A DNA stretch of 60,889 nucleotides, the filler included, from Gonapodya sp. JEL0774 (lineage: Eukaryota), in NCBI GenBank assembly GCA_027604505.1. It is 8 parts of 8 records of this genome, joined end to end, with 100 filler letters (N's around TTAATTAATTAA, not from the genome) between each part and the next. Parts side by side here need not be neighbours in the genome. Positions count along the whole stretch, not along the records: positions 38,290 to 45,780 come from JADIIX010000500.1; positions 45,881 to 53,368 come from JADIIX010000501.1; 6 more parts are not named here. One strand, 5' to 3'. The notes under the pieces were generated by a model. It was not told the DNA's origin and ran no database searches. It saw only the letters and a list, made by a program, of their open reading frames with translations. The position numbers and the translations under genes are program-made. Position 1 is the first letter of the stretch. Every line of letters starts with the position of its first letter. Shown here piece by piece: positions 38,406 to 51,238 of this stretch.

Positions 38406-39722
38406 GTGCCTCAGCCTTTCGACGCAGTCTATGCCGCTGAGTGGACCGCGAACGGACGCAAGACTCCTCCCGCCTGGCGCGAGCGACATGCATCTTCCTC
38501 AACCCTCACGCCAGAGGCACCAACTATGCCAGTACAACCTTTGCGAGTCAAGACTCAAGACTCTTTAGGACTTGACCTTGCCGATATCATGAGGGGCCTG
38601 CAGGCACCGATGCCCTCCGGATGGAAAATGGGCGAAGAACCCGCAAAGTTACCAGAGAGTAAAGTGGAAACAGGCCTGCTTGCGTCCAGTCTATTTGTTG
38701 GTGATATGCGGACGAAGGCGGATAAAGCCCTGCGATCTTCCGTCGATCTTCCTCCTCGTCGCCGTGTTCACCCAAAGCGGCCTGCTGGTCCACGTCCCAT
38801 CTCCTTCATCAAAGATAATCATGTGGTACCGTCTGCTTCGCCTACTTGTCTTTCCGACGCCAATCAATCCCAGGTTCTCAATCGACCTCCAGCCTCTCAT
38901 ACTGTTGCCCACACTTTCGTCTTCCCAAAATTACGGGTAGCAAACCACTCTAGATCAAGCACAACTTCTGCAGCAGAGGGCGCTTCTACTTCGCATAGTC
39001 CCATTCGAGGTAGCTCACTGCTTTCCCGGAACTTTTCTCCACCTCGGCCACTTCCGAGCGGAGGGTGGGGCAATCACAGCATCCATGAGCGTGCAGCCTC
39101 GTTAGCAGATAGGAGCCACCACACTCGTCAACAGTCTATTGGAGCAACATCCATGGCACAAAAGAGTCTCGCTAGCGTACAGTGGGTACCATTCAGCTGG
39201 GGTAGATTCGGTCAGAGGAGCGCTAGCGTTGAAGAGAACGTTGATTTTGGTATCGAAGCGGGGCGACGTACTCTTTCGGGAGACACTCCGCGAGCCGTAT
39301 CCTTCTCGATCACTGGCAGAGACGATCTGCTTAATCCAAGGCATTCCGGTGGCTCGTTTGACATCGCTCGATTATCCGGGGAAATGTATTCGGCATCACA
39401 GCGAATCTGGAGTTCCTTTGTCTCGCGCGCTCGCCATCACACTCACTCTTCAACCTCCTCAAGTGGCACATCGACAATCAGTTCTTTCACCAATCCTCAG
39501 TACCGCTCGGCACAGTCCTCAATCACGTACTCCACTGCAACCAGTCCCCCTGATATTTCTGCGCGCACGTCCTACTCCGCACATGACACGTTGTCTCACT
39601 CCCAGTTGAGATCAAGTGAAGACCGAAGAGCGTCCGAAAGCATAACTGAAACATCTACGATGGATAGGAAGAGAACCTCTGAGGAAAGTGTATTACAGGA
39701 ATCACCAGTTCGGGCTGGTTAA
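38406..39722 (+). CDS. Ser-rich low-complexity terminal exon of an unidentified gene
   Basis: 438-codon open frame; 5' part missing. Confidence 0.55.
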   Translation: MPQPFDAVYAAEWTANGRKTPPAWRERHASSSTLTPEAPTMPVQPLRVKTQDSLGLDLADIMRGLQAPMPSGWKMGEEPAKLPESKVETGLLASSLFVGDMRTKADKALRSSVDLPPRRRVHPKRPAGPRPISFIKDNHVVPSASPTCLSDANQSQVLNRPPASHTVAHTFVFPKLRVANHSRSSTTSAAEGASTSHSPIRGSSLLSRNFSPPRPLPSGGWGNHSIHERAASLADRSHHTRQQSIGATSMAQKSLASVQWVPFSWGRFGQRSASVEENVDFGIEAGRRTLSGDTPRAVSFSITGRDDLLNPRHSGGSFDIARLSGEMYSASQRIWSSFVSRARHHTHSSTSSSGTSTISSFTNPQYRSAQSSITYSTATSPPDISARTSYSAHDTLSHSQLRSSEDRRASESITETSTMDRKRTSEESVLQESPVRAG

Positions 39723-40141
39723 TAACTGATGGGGGTGTCGATCAACATATTACCCTCCAAAGAGTTAACGTTGATGTGAATCATCTTTGCGAACTAATTG
39801 GGACTTGCAAATCGCAGTCCGTCGTTTTGGACTGGACTTATCAACCTGACATCAAAGTCATCGGCGACAATTTGAAGAGATCATCTCTTAATATACCAGT
39901 ATCAACAAATTCACGTACTCTGCCACACTATATATCGCACTATATCATGACCCGTTGCACCATCTACATTTCGCGCTCACATTGATTGGCTCGGCGTAAA
40001 GAAACACCGCCTCAACACATGAACATCACGATAAATGATATGTCTAACCCTGATGTGCAGGACAAGATACATCTATGACAGCACCGAGATCTCAAACACG
40101 CCACCCATGATACAAGACACAATATGAAGCCGAATTTTATT

Positions 40142-41770
40142 CTAGCGCCCTGCAGCCCCACTCTCCTTCCACCCTCGCAGAATAAGATCAACAATATCGT
40201 CGACTCCTACATCGTGTTTCACTTGGGCAAAGATGGTCGGTCCGGTCCCCCTGCACATTCACCAGCCAGCAATCACCATACATTGGACGGTGACGCACAT
40301 TTAGAAATATGTCACACACACCTCATCTTTGCAGCGTCTCGCTTCATCACCTCCAAGTCCGCTCCCACCGCAGGAGCGAGATCTGTCTTATTCACGACAA
40401 GCAGGTCAGACTGAGTGATTCCAGGACCACCTTTCCTCGGCACTTTATCGCCACCGGCTACATCGATGACGTAAATGATAAAGTCTGCCAGCTGAGATCG
40501 TGGAGTGAGGCAGGATTTTGCGTGTCGGCGATACCCAGAGTTGCTGATCACATGAGAAGTACATTGAGCCACTGTTCTCACCTCCCTCGAGTAGTTCGCG
40601 GCTAGATTATCTCCACCCGACTCGATCAGCAGAAGCTGTGGTAAGAATCGAGCATGGAGCTGTTCGAGGGCATGCAGGTTGGCGGAAATGTCTTCGCGAA
40701 TCGCCGCATGCGGACACCCTGTTGCGGTAGTGCGTTGTGTGAGACGACACTTATGCAAAAAAGAGAAGTGGTGGGATTCAATGTCGCTGCCGCGCAGTCA
40801 TTCCGCCGAGGCCATCATTAACTGATCTCTTCAATACGAGAAAGCGGATATTTTCAATTAAGGCAAGTGAATCAGATCCTGCAAAGTGGGGCAACATCTC
40901 CTACTCGCGCCATAGCAGCATGCTACATTTGAGCTCATGGAGAGCAATTCACTCGACCTGCGGCTGATAGCATTCAGCGCTCCGGCTCAAGGTGGCGCCC
41001 AAACGCGGCTCCTTGTCGCTTAACACCGAGGAACTGGGGTTCCACTTATGACTCACCTCCCGTCTCGATAGCTCTGATTCTTTCCGCCGGTAGGGCGTTA
41101 TTCCTGACAAGGAACTCTGTATCTTCCTTGGTGAAGATGTCATTTGTCACGCATGCGATTGAGTACTTGTCGCGAAGCTTCAGGCAGAGAGCGAGCATAA
41201 GGGCGGTTTTTCCAGAGCCAACCGGCCTAGTCAATAGATGGGTGGAGGATAGAGAATGAAGACGATGGGAAACAATTCGGGAATGAAGTGTGTTTGAAAT
41301 TCCATCAATGGTCAATCTCCCAGTATGTTTGAAACCTCCGACGACTTTCCGACCATTATGAGGCCTCCGTTGAAAATTTGATATACAAGGCTTTGTTTGA
41401 GTCACCCCCCCTGGCTCTCTGACCAATGCGCCTGGTATGCGACTCCCCATTGTTCGCGTGATGTTGAAGGGTCGACTCTAGCTTCAGGGAAACGAGTACG
41501 GGAAACTCACCCTCCGATCCCAACAGTGTACGCCCTCTCATCAAAGTTTCTATCAGTCCCAATGATTGGCAGTTCCCTCTCTTCGTAAACACCTGGATGC
41601 TCCAGAACCTCATGGGAGTGTCCGTGATCCAGCACGCCATTGTTGGCGTGCTGGTCATGAGAAGAGACCTGTGCGGATTCATCATGTGAATGCACGTGTT
41701 CGTGATGGTGATCCGTGTGGGAGTGACCCGACAACTCGTCGTGTGAGTGTGAGTGTGAATGTCCGCTCAT
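40142..41770 (-). CDS. ureG: Urease accessory GTPase UreG with His-rich N-terminus, spliced
   Basis: [48 protein letters not shown] and [24 protein letters not shown]. Confidence 0.96.
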
Positions 41771-42036
41771 TTCTTGGAAACTCTGTCGCCGAATCGAAAT
41801 GAAAATTCGTAAGTAGTCGGTAACAAATCCGTTGATGTCTAAGAATATTGTGCTTTGATGGCGCCTTCGATCGGGCTTGAATGGTTCTGTTAAGGATTCG
41901 AAAGGACACAGACGTCGTGACTGGGATCATTGGCCAGGGCACCTGAAGCATGAAACGTGCGCCAACAACAATTCAAAATTCATTGTTTACATACATATCA
42001 TTGCAGGATTGCTGTGAAAGCATACTGGTGATGTCC

Positions 42037-44491
42037 CTAATCCAACATCCCAGCAAAGGCAGACAACACAGTGACAGGTGCTCCTGTTGGCTTACCCAGC
42101 GAAAGGCCCTTGGCGCCTTCCTCGGCGGCGCCAGCAATGTCGAGGTGCGTATACTGGTAAAACACGGTGTTGCATGCATAAATGTGACGTTCAGAGGCAC
42201 TTCGTATGACTTCGTTTCAAAACATTCAAGCTCACCGCGATTGGTTTATCTGAATTTCTTCCATGCAAGTCTAGCCCACTTGCCACAGTCATGAATGCCG
42301 CTGGAAATTGGTGTCCCCGAGCCGTTCCCGACGACGGCAGGTCGTTGCACTGCACTACATCTTCAGTAGGCGCACCAGGCGATATAAACTTCCTCATGTT
42401 CGGCGGTTGGAGTTCGTCGGGCGTGGACGGCCAGAAGCAAAAGGTTCGATTAACGGCAATTTCCTCAAACATTGGGCACTATACTCACCTCGAAATCATC
42501 CCTCCTCACTCGGGACATCTCAAACGGCTGACCCCACTTCTCCCCCTCGTCCTGCAACCTCTTTCCAACCCCGACCTGTCTTGCTGGTCCATTGTCCATA
42601 CAAATAGGGTAGGAACCATACGCCCGGATGGCATGTCCTGTGAGCGTGGCGACAGTGAAGAGGCGAGCGGTGGAAGGGTTGGGAAGCTGCAAAGCGGTTT
42701 CAAGGGCTGCCGCGAGAAGATCGGCCATAACAAACCGTCCCTCGGCGCTGTCGTGATGTTGTGCGATACGGTGGGATCGCGCTGAGAATCAGCCGAGGCT
42801 CCCCGTACTTCCGACACCAATAGCAAACCGATCAACGCACTCCGTATTCGCAACAAGTACTCGTTTTCCCGCTCTACTCTCAATAATCTCATCGCCCGTA
42901 TAGCACTCTGCTCCGACACTGTTGCGCACAAAACCGAGCGTGGCAGTCACGTTGACCCTGGAAGGGGTAAGTAAAGAAACTGTACGCAGGAACCCAGCGA
43001 CGGCCGAGGCGCCACCCTTGTCGCGAGACATGCCACGCATGTGGCCTCCGGCTGGTTGAGGAGCACGGAATAGAAGGAGAAGTAAGTTTCGAGGTGCCGT
43101 GGAGGAGGATTATCGGACATGCATTACCTTTGATGTCAGCACCACCAGTGTCGAAGGTGACCTGCACACAAAGTGAGTATACAACGGGATTCGCGAGATC
43201 ACGATTCCAAGTAAGCTCGCTTTCCACTCACCCCCTTTCCCACCAGGAACAAGCTAAGAAGGCCAATAATGTTCAGGATGGCAGTTAAAGACATATAGGT
43301 ATCGAAAATAAGCGACTTTCAGACGGGCATCAATACCCATGGCGGAACTCACTCCTCTTCCACGCTCTCCTGCTTAGGCGACCTGTATTCAATCTTGACG
43401 ACACAAGGTAGATGCCTAGGAACAACTAATGATGCTCGCGCGACTGCGTGGAGGAGCGGGTAGGAAGCAAGGAGGGTAGGGATGTCTGTCCAACATTGGG
43501 GCAGTGTATGTCCAGCCAATTTCTGCAGTGCAAACGAATGTAAGGGGGGTGCACCTTTCTCTACTGTCACAGTGACGTTCTTCGAAGTAGCGAAGACTGA
43601 TTGAATGTACTCGGCGCAGCGGAGAGGTGTGAGACGTTCGGGGTCGCCAGAAGTGAGGTCTTGACCCCGGACGGTATGCGGTTAGCGACGGCAAAAATCA
43701 ACGCATGCAATTGAGGTTCTATCATCTATCATTCATTCGAAGCCTTTTGACTCACCTCTCGCTACAGACAATCCCTCCTCCACTGCAGCCAACTTTTTCA
43801 GCACACTCGCATCCACGTCGACAACTCCAATCTCGTCGATTTCCTCAACCACCTGTCCCTTTTGAATTCTCCACTCTCTTGCCTGTAGCGGCACGTACGC
43901 CTCCTGGAGAGCTGCGAGCACCGACACTTGAAGTGCCTTGGAATAGTCCAAATCGGGTGCGCCGCTGTTGTTGAGAAAGTTGGAGAGCTCAGCAAGGAGG
44001 ATGAGGGGGCGTCGAGAGCCGATATTGATAGCACGGCGAACGGCAGCACGGATTGGAGGTGCAAATGCACGGACTGTGGTTTGGTGCAGTTCGACAATAC
44101 ATGAATGGAATCTGGGAGAACCGGGTGACGAATAGAACTCTTAGGAACTCACCATCATCAACATCCCCATACAAAGATCCAACGGGGGACAAAATTCTGA
44201 GACGAAAGGCTTGGGTGAGTTCATTGGTCCCAATAATGGAGGACCAGCGATTCGGATCACTACTCACATTCGCTTTCCCGGCGCTGACTCAGACCTAATT
44301 ACAGTTACTTGCTTGATCGGATCGATCTCCGAGTATTTCTGAACGTCGCCCAACACACCAGCAAACGCGGAAGCTTTTGTGCCGAGCAACACCGACTGCA
44401 AACTATGGAAGGGAACCAACAGCGAATCATAGCTGGCCGAAACCAGTTGAATCGGAGAGCTCGTCGAGAATGCGCTCAATTTAGCGGGCAT
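42037..44491 (-). CDS. M17 leucyl aminopeptidase family protein, spliced
   Basis: VGKG/VTFDTGGADIK, MSRDKGGASAVAGF, NT.AEGRFVMADLL, VATLTGHA and YTHLDIAG. Confidence 0.9.
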
Positions 44492-44571
44492 TTTCAAAAT
44501 GATCGATGAAATGGGAGTCAGTGGGTTTAATGCCTGCGATTGGACAAGCCCTTCGGCATTTGTTTCTTCGA

Positions 44572-45627
44572 ATGAAAAAGACAACTTCCCAAGGAGGGCC
44601 GCATCGGAAATGGCTGACGTCGTTCCCAGTGGTCTCAAAATGGATGGGCAAATACGACCTAGAGCGGCTTCTTGATGAAAATGGAGGTCTCGTCAGAATA
44701 CAGAACTTCTTACCCCATCATGTCGCAGCGGGTATGCTCCAGGAGATTCAAGAAATCAAAGAGGATATGTGGATCGATGTGGGCTTTCTTTTATACCTCT
44801 CTATTTCTGGATTCACCAATGATGTTTCAACGCAATTTCATCATCCTCAATCATTCGACAGACAAAAGGCACCTCCAACCCGGCCCACGACTCCGTCCGT
44901 CATGCATTTCATTCTATCAAATCCCACCCTCTGGTCCGACTCGTTGCGCGTACTTTCACCTTCCTTCGCCCCGACTCTTTCTCTCACACGTTTTCCATTG
45001 CACGCTACGGTGAAGGTCACCTTATCGTGAGACACGATGACCGAGCAATTGCGAAAGTAATGGTGGAAGAACAGGGAGTCGTTAATGGCGAGAGGGAGAT
45101 CGCACTGGTGTTCTACTTGACAAAAGGTGATTCATTCAGTGCTAGAAGGGTTGAAAGGCCACGGTGATGCAGCTCGATAACGTTATCATTCTGCCATGAT
45201 CACAGATTGGCTGCCTGAGTATGGTGGTGAGCTTATCGACCTTGCCGTCACTCCGCCAGTTACGCTTGTTCCCCAATTCAACTCCCTCATCGCTTTCCGT
45301 ATACCACGATGGCACGAAGTGAAGCCAGTCGTGGGCGAGCGTTGGAGGTACAGTGTTTTCGGTTGGTTCTTGGGCGAGGCAGCATTGGGCGAGGGGGACC
45401 AAAAGAGTAAAGGGGATCAATCGCAGGCGATTATTCAAGCCAGTGCGAAAGCGGAATCCCCTGAGGATCAAGGGAGTCCTGTAACATCATTGAACATGAA
45501 ACGGACTCGAGGTCACTCTGAATTACGGTTGCGGGCCGGGGGAAGAGGAAAACGGCGACGATATGAAGGTAAAGAACTGGGAAGGGCGGGAGTAAGGGGC
45601 GAGTTTGAAGTTCTGGATGTTGAATAA
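44572..45627 (+). CDS. 2OG-Fe(II) oxygenase (prolyl-hydroxylase-like), spliced
   Basis: RYGEGHLIVRHDD, IALVFYLTK/DWLPEYGGEL, PQFNSLIAF..WHEVKPV and RYSVFGWF. Confidence 0.8.
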
Positions 45628-45780
45628 GTATCTTGGGTGACTCTGTTAATTTCAGACTACTAAACTCCGCAAACATACACGACACAATATTCTTCTGTAA
45701 CACGATGAAGTAAAATCATAGTCTGCTCCACTCGCTGGGCACCGTCTGACTCTCAGTACCACACTGTTACTTGGTGTTCC

Positions 45781-45880
45781 NNNNNNNNNNNNNNNNNNNN
45801 NNNNNNNNNNNNNNNNNNNNNNNNTTAATTAATTAANNNNNNNNNNNNNNNNNNNNNNNNNNNNNNNNNNNNNNNNNNNN
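45781..45880. other. Artificial contig linker
   Basis: N44-TTAATTAATTAA-N44. Confidence 0.98.
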
Positions 45881-46800
45881 ATCGATCGTTTCAACATAGA
45901 TCCTTCTTCGCCTATACTGAGCAACGACAAAGTGAATCCCTTCCAGCTCCAGCTCCGTCTGATTGTCCTCCTTGTCCTTCTAGACGCAGGGAGGTGGGTT
46001 GGTTGGATGTGATTGGTGTCACAGTCTGTGTGTAGTTATGTGTGGGTCGGGGGTGGGTGGGTATTGTGGAGGTCATGGGCGGTCGGGTTGTGGGTAGCAC
46101 GTGGGGCAATGTACTCATGTAGGCGGATGAGGGTGTGGTTGGGCTCCCCTGAGCCTATTCCCCAGTTTGGCTCTGCGCAGGAAGAGCTGTTGGCTGCATG
46201 GTCAGCTCTCCCAGCAATCCCCATGGTGGTGGCAAACACCTCCATTATTGCCATTGGCATGAATCCCGTCCCCTTCCTGTCCCTTGTTTCCGCCTGCCCT
46301 GTCTGCGCCCTAGTTCCTCCAGATGGTCCTGCAGGCAGCATCCCCATTGCCCCTCCTTGCGCAAGGGCCAGTGCCCCTGCTGTCAGCCATCATGTACCCT
46401 GGGCAATCCCTGCTCCTGTTGGGAAGTGCCTCCCTTCAGCAATTTGTGCTCCGTACAGCAGTTGTCCCATAGAGGGTGGTGCGGCAATGTAAATCTGTTG
46501 CGCTCCCCATTGTGTCAGTACACAGACTGGCACACCTACCGTTGGATGTCCTGCGTAGTGGGGGTGGGTTGCGTCCAGTACTGCTGCACTGGGGGTGGTT
46601 GGGAAGGTGTCTGCAGGGTAGAGGAGCTGGGTGGGTGAGAAGGAGGGTGTTGCGGATGGGGCAGGGTACTGGGTCGGTGCCTGTCCTGTACCCTGGGGGC
46701 CGTGCAGTGGCTGCTGCCACTGTCCTTGCGATGGGGCAGTGCCAGATGGCTGGCTGTAGGGGCCTGTGTACCTGTAGTTGTGTGGTGGTTGGCCAGACAT
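45881..46800 (-). pseudogene. Pro/Gln/Gly-rich ORF relic, probably TE-associated
   Basis: ORFs 46390..46851 and 46036..46347 lie in the same frame, broken by TGA 46390. The region is CpG-poor. Confidence 0.4.
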
Positions 46801-47334
46801 GTGATTTAGATGAGAATGGGCGAGGCTGGTGTTTCTGAGAGAGGGGGACAAGGCGATTTAGAATTGCGTTTGCTCGGGGGGTTCAAGTCGGATTCCAGGT
46901 CCAAGACGAGAAGTCAATAGCGGTAGAGAAAAGCTTTTAGCACAACTCAGCTGATCCACAGATTCAGATGCCGGCTATGTAGCCAATGTAGAATTAATTC
47001 CGGATGTCGGATCTGCTGTGTTGTGGCAGGAAGCGGACCAACATGAGTGGCTGAAGGACAATAGGTGGAGGGAGAAAAGAGCCAGGCGAGGTGGAGAGGG
47101 CTTGGGCGTGGATCAGGGGGAGATGTGAGATTGTTGAGTGAGATTTTGGGGCCCGATTGTTTTGGAGGGTGTGAATGCACAGTGTGTGCAGGAACATGGT
47201 TGTGTCTGATGCCACAACAACAAGGAGCGATGTCGGGGGAATCAAACCACATGGGATCGGTTTAAGGCGGCAAGTATTTTCTTCGAACAATTAGCTGGAA
47301 TTCTGGCATACAAGAACAACTAACTGATTCCACA

Positions 47335-47878
47335 ACATATGCTTAATTTGTCTCTCAGCAGAAATCAGTCAAGGAGTGTTTATGGTTAAAGAATGTCTCT
47401 ATGGAACTTGGACAACCTCAGAATGACAATATTGAATTAATTGGAAAAGGCAAACCAGAAGAATTATCTGGCAACAATAAAGGCGCAATCTCCTTGGCAC
47501 ATAATCAAAAGAATCATCGAATGACAAAACACTTTGAGACTAAATATTTCTTTGTACGTGAGGATATTAAGAAGAAGACTCTTCAATTACTCTATGTTCC
47601 AATGAGTTGGAACACTGCTGATATTTGAACTAAGTCCTTACCAAAGGAAACTTGTGAGAAGCATTGAGCTTCTATGGGAATGACTGATATGATTGATGGA
47701 TCAGGGGGAGTGTTGGATATATGTGGTGTGTAGCATATATTTGTATGATAGTCTGCTGCACATAGATGAGTGCACTGGTGTGTAATAGACTAAGTTGACA
47801 CCAGAGGACAAGTGTATCGTGCCAGAGGAGGTTGATGTGCTCTTTGACACATGTTTTTGCTTCTCAGGTGTCTTCAAT
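47335..47878 (+). mobile_element. Ty1/copia 3' relic: degenerate RNase H, polypurine tract (47703-47710) and probable 3' LTR from 47711
   Basis: KECLWLK..NNKGAISLAHN..TKHFETKYFFVRE..NTADI*TKSL, followed by AGGGGGAG|TGTTGG. Confidence 0.8.
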
Positions 47879-47970
47879 GGTTCTCATGCTTTTGAAGTAG
47901 CTAGCAATGACGTGAGTTTCCTCTATGCTTGAAATAGTATGTATGACATTCGTGAACAGGGGTGAGTGAA

Positions 47971-48148
47971 TATTGAAATGTCTTTGAAATTCACACACTA
48001 CATGGGAAAATGGGCTGCTTTTATGTACTTGAGTTGTTGTGGCCTACAGGCCACAGCTATGACTCATCCAACTACTTCACCAAATCTCAAGTATACCAAC
48101 AATGTGGCACATGGCTAATCCTCACCCAGTCTCCCCAAGACTTCACAG
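47971..48148 (-). repeat. Truncated inverted copy of the copia LTR at 51336-51534
   Basis: Near-identical reverse complement, with an 18-bp indel. Confidence 0.85.
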
Positions 48149-48149
48149 T

Positions 48150-51100
48150 GAAGTGTTCCATAAGACTGCAGAGAAGAGGGGTGCAGTGGTAGTGAGCCTG
48201 AGCACGCTATTGTTGTAGAGAATATGAAGTAGAGTTTGAAGGGAGAGTGGGGTTGCCTACTGGTGGGCAGGAGGAGTACTCTGAGAGGAAGACTGCCTTG
48301 TGTTGAAAGGCGTTGAGGCAGTAGGGTTGATGGTAGATGCTTCTTGCACCCCTTTTTTGTTTGTTGTGGTGTATCATGCGTACTGGTTTTGTGCCTTCCA
48401 GGTCCATGTACGTGGTGGTTGGGAGTTGGTGTGAGAAGGGGGGAGGAGGGTTCAGGTAATAGGAAAGCATGAAGCTCTTCGCAAAGGTCTGCAAGTTTTT
48501 TGGGTGTGGAGTTACTGTCTGGGTAGTTATTTGTGTCAGAGAGGTGTACACATCTGCAGCAGAAGGAGGATGTAGACTGTAGACTGGGGCTTTTGCTTTG
48601 TTTCATAGGGTACATTCCTTCTAGTTAGTGACTGATATTACGTATGTCTTACTGGACTCTCTTCTCTGCTACTGCTCTGTTCTCCGGACGTCCATGTTGA
48701 GTCCAAATGGCGTGGTTTAGTGATTCAGGCACAGGGAAGTTGGTGGGGGGGGATATGCATAAGGACAACAGGCGTGATCACGCTAGAGGGGTTGTGAGCA
48801 GGGGAAGAACGTAAGGATGACAGTCAATTTCTTGCTGGGCTCTGATGATTGCGAGTATTGTTGGGGGGGGTGAGTGCAGAGAGCATGGAATGGGGGGTGT
48901 GTGGGGAGGATGAGGCTGAGGAGGGGTCTTGACAAGGGATGGCTGCCTCCTTACCTTTGTCATTTTTGCACAGGCAGGCCTCTTTGTTGTCTCATTCACC
49001 ATCCACCTCAGCACCTGTGTAGGGTTCTTGGGCTGGGCTGCTACGATAATTGGTTCCCCTGGGGCTTACTGGAGATCTTGCCGCCCTTGGTAGGTGAAGT
49101 CTGTTTTAGGTGGGAAGAAGGGGCAGATTGGACTGGTTTAACTGGTTCTGGCGAGGGGCTTTGAACCTAGCCAGTCAGAAGGTGTCGCAGGCTGGTGATG
49201 AGGGTGGTAGGGCAAGATGGTCGTGATGAACAGTATAGCTGCTGGGGCCACTGGGGTTGGTAGGGACGGGGGAGTGATGCAGCAGTTGCTCTGGTGAGGT
49301 TCCAGCAATCCAGTTCCTTGAGTTCCTCATCGTTCTCTGTCTCTTTGAGAGATTGGCTGAGACCCTTCTCCAGTGTCATCCAATTCACCTATTTGGCAAC
49401 AGCTCCTGTGCTTTGGTGTCTTGAAGGGACAGGCTGAGAGCAAGGGTAGTGGCTTTGTCTTCTGTGGTTGTTTCCAGTGGGTTCCCTGACCAGTGAACGT
49501 GCAGCCTTGGATGAGATGAGGGCCGCTGTATTGGCTTCCTCCCACTTATCATCGTCAACCTCAAAGACCACTTTTCTCTTGTCTGCAGAGGTTGGGAGGT
49601 TGGGTGTGGCTGGAGTGTGTACAGTGGGTGCAGGGGTGTAGTTGGGGGCTGTGATGGGTTGGGGAGGAGAGAAAGCAGGTGGGGGAGGCAAGTTTTGGAG
49701 AGGATGCAATCAATGTAGTACATCTTCCCTCTGACCATGGTGTTCCTGCTGAGGTCGTGGAGGTACAGAGGGATGGCGTCTTCTGATGCTTCAAGTTCCA
49801 ACCAGTGTCACAAGATCCTGAGTACACGTTTGTGGGGGACCAAGCCAGTGCCTGTGATGTCTTATTCACACAGTGAGGACACATTAGTGTTGGGGTATAC
49901 TGCCATGGTTCAGCTGCCCAAGTGGGGGCTTGATACGGAGGGGGTGATGAGAGGTAGGTTCCCGGGGGCGGGGGGGTGGGGAATTGTCCACTTCAAACGG
50001 GGATAATTGTGGAGCAGGAGTGTGTGCCTGATCTGGGCAAGTTGGGGGGGGGGTAGGCGGGTAGAGGCCTGAGGACAAGCTGAGGAGGGAGATGGGGCAG
50101 GTGGGTTGAGAGAGGCCATGGATTGTGTGGGCAACTTAGTATATTACACGCCAGCGCAGTTGTCTATGGGTGGCAGTCCATCATACAAATAAAAAGTACA
50201 CACATAACATCACTAATATTCAACAAGGACAGAGCGAGATCACACTTGCGTGGACTGCCACACGTGTTGTGGTGAGCTCCGCGTTGTTGGTCCTGTTCCT
50301 GAGTTCTTCCTCCATCCTTGCCAGGGCCTTTATTGTTCCTCTGTGGCCAGTGCTCAGCAGAAGTCTGCCTCCTCACTCCATATTTGCTCCTCCAACATCT
50401 GTTCCCGTTCTCTTCTTAGCTCATCCAGCGCTGCCAGTCATGCCTCAGAGATCTGAGCTTGCGCTTGGACTACGCTGGGGTCAAGGAGGTGGGGGAGTGG
50501 TGGCTGCAGGTGGAAGTATCAAAGGGGAGCGGTTGGGGATTTAAAGGGGGGAAGGGGGCTGGTGGAGGGAGGAGGGGCTACTGGGAGGCTTGGACTTGGT
50601 GCCATCAGTGAGGAGCAGGTTGGGGGGGGGGGGGGGGCGGCTGGGAGCTTGTGGTACCCAATATGTGCCCCACAGACCTTGAAGCCACGTGCCTTGTCTG
50701 GACATGACTACGAGTGGGGGGAGATGAGGGAGGCGGGGGCCAGAAATGTAATGTACAGAGGTGCAGGAGGGATTTTTGCCTTGGAAATGGTGTGTTTGTG
50801 CCGGGGGCGGTTTTCAAGTGGCGCTGTGGGGTCCCAATAATGCAGTCAGCACAATACGTAGCACTGTAACCAGGAACTCAACTCCATTGCAAGTACAGAT
50901 CCTGGCTCTATGGATGACCTGATTTGCATTTCCAGTGTTTTTTCCCTGGTTGTCAGCTGTGTTCACATTCATTGTGAGAAAAGAAAACGGTGGGCAGGGG
51001 AAGCAATGTGGCAGAAGACGCATAAATTCCGTGAATTTTGGCACAAGGACCAATGGAGGGTAGGAGAGATAGATTTTGGGGTGTGTGTGGTCTTCAGCTG

Positions 51101-51200
51101 GTGCTGTCACTCACTGACTGCCTACAACTTGATGAGCGCAGCTTTGATCAGCTTAGAACCAACAGGGATCACTTCAGCAATTGATTTAGGCGACCTTAAT
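48150..51200. mobile_element. Degenerate CpG-depleted repeat/TE relic, family unassigned
   Basis: Fragmented Pro-rich minus-strand frames, scarce CpG, located between copia pieces. Confidence 0.35.
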
Positions 51201-51238
51201 TCTTGTATGCGTCTCTGGGATTTCCCAGTGAGTGTAGA

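Noticed and set aside
40723..41056. Unusually long UreG intron as a possible snoRNA host
   Set aside because: No convincing C/D or H/ACA box arrangement was identified by eye. An Infernal/Rfam scan would be needed.
41680..41770. His-rich N-terminal tract
   Set aside because: A known feature of eukaryotic UreG (nickel binding), not novel.
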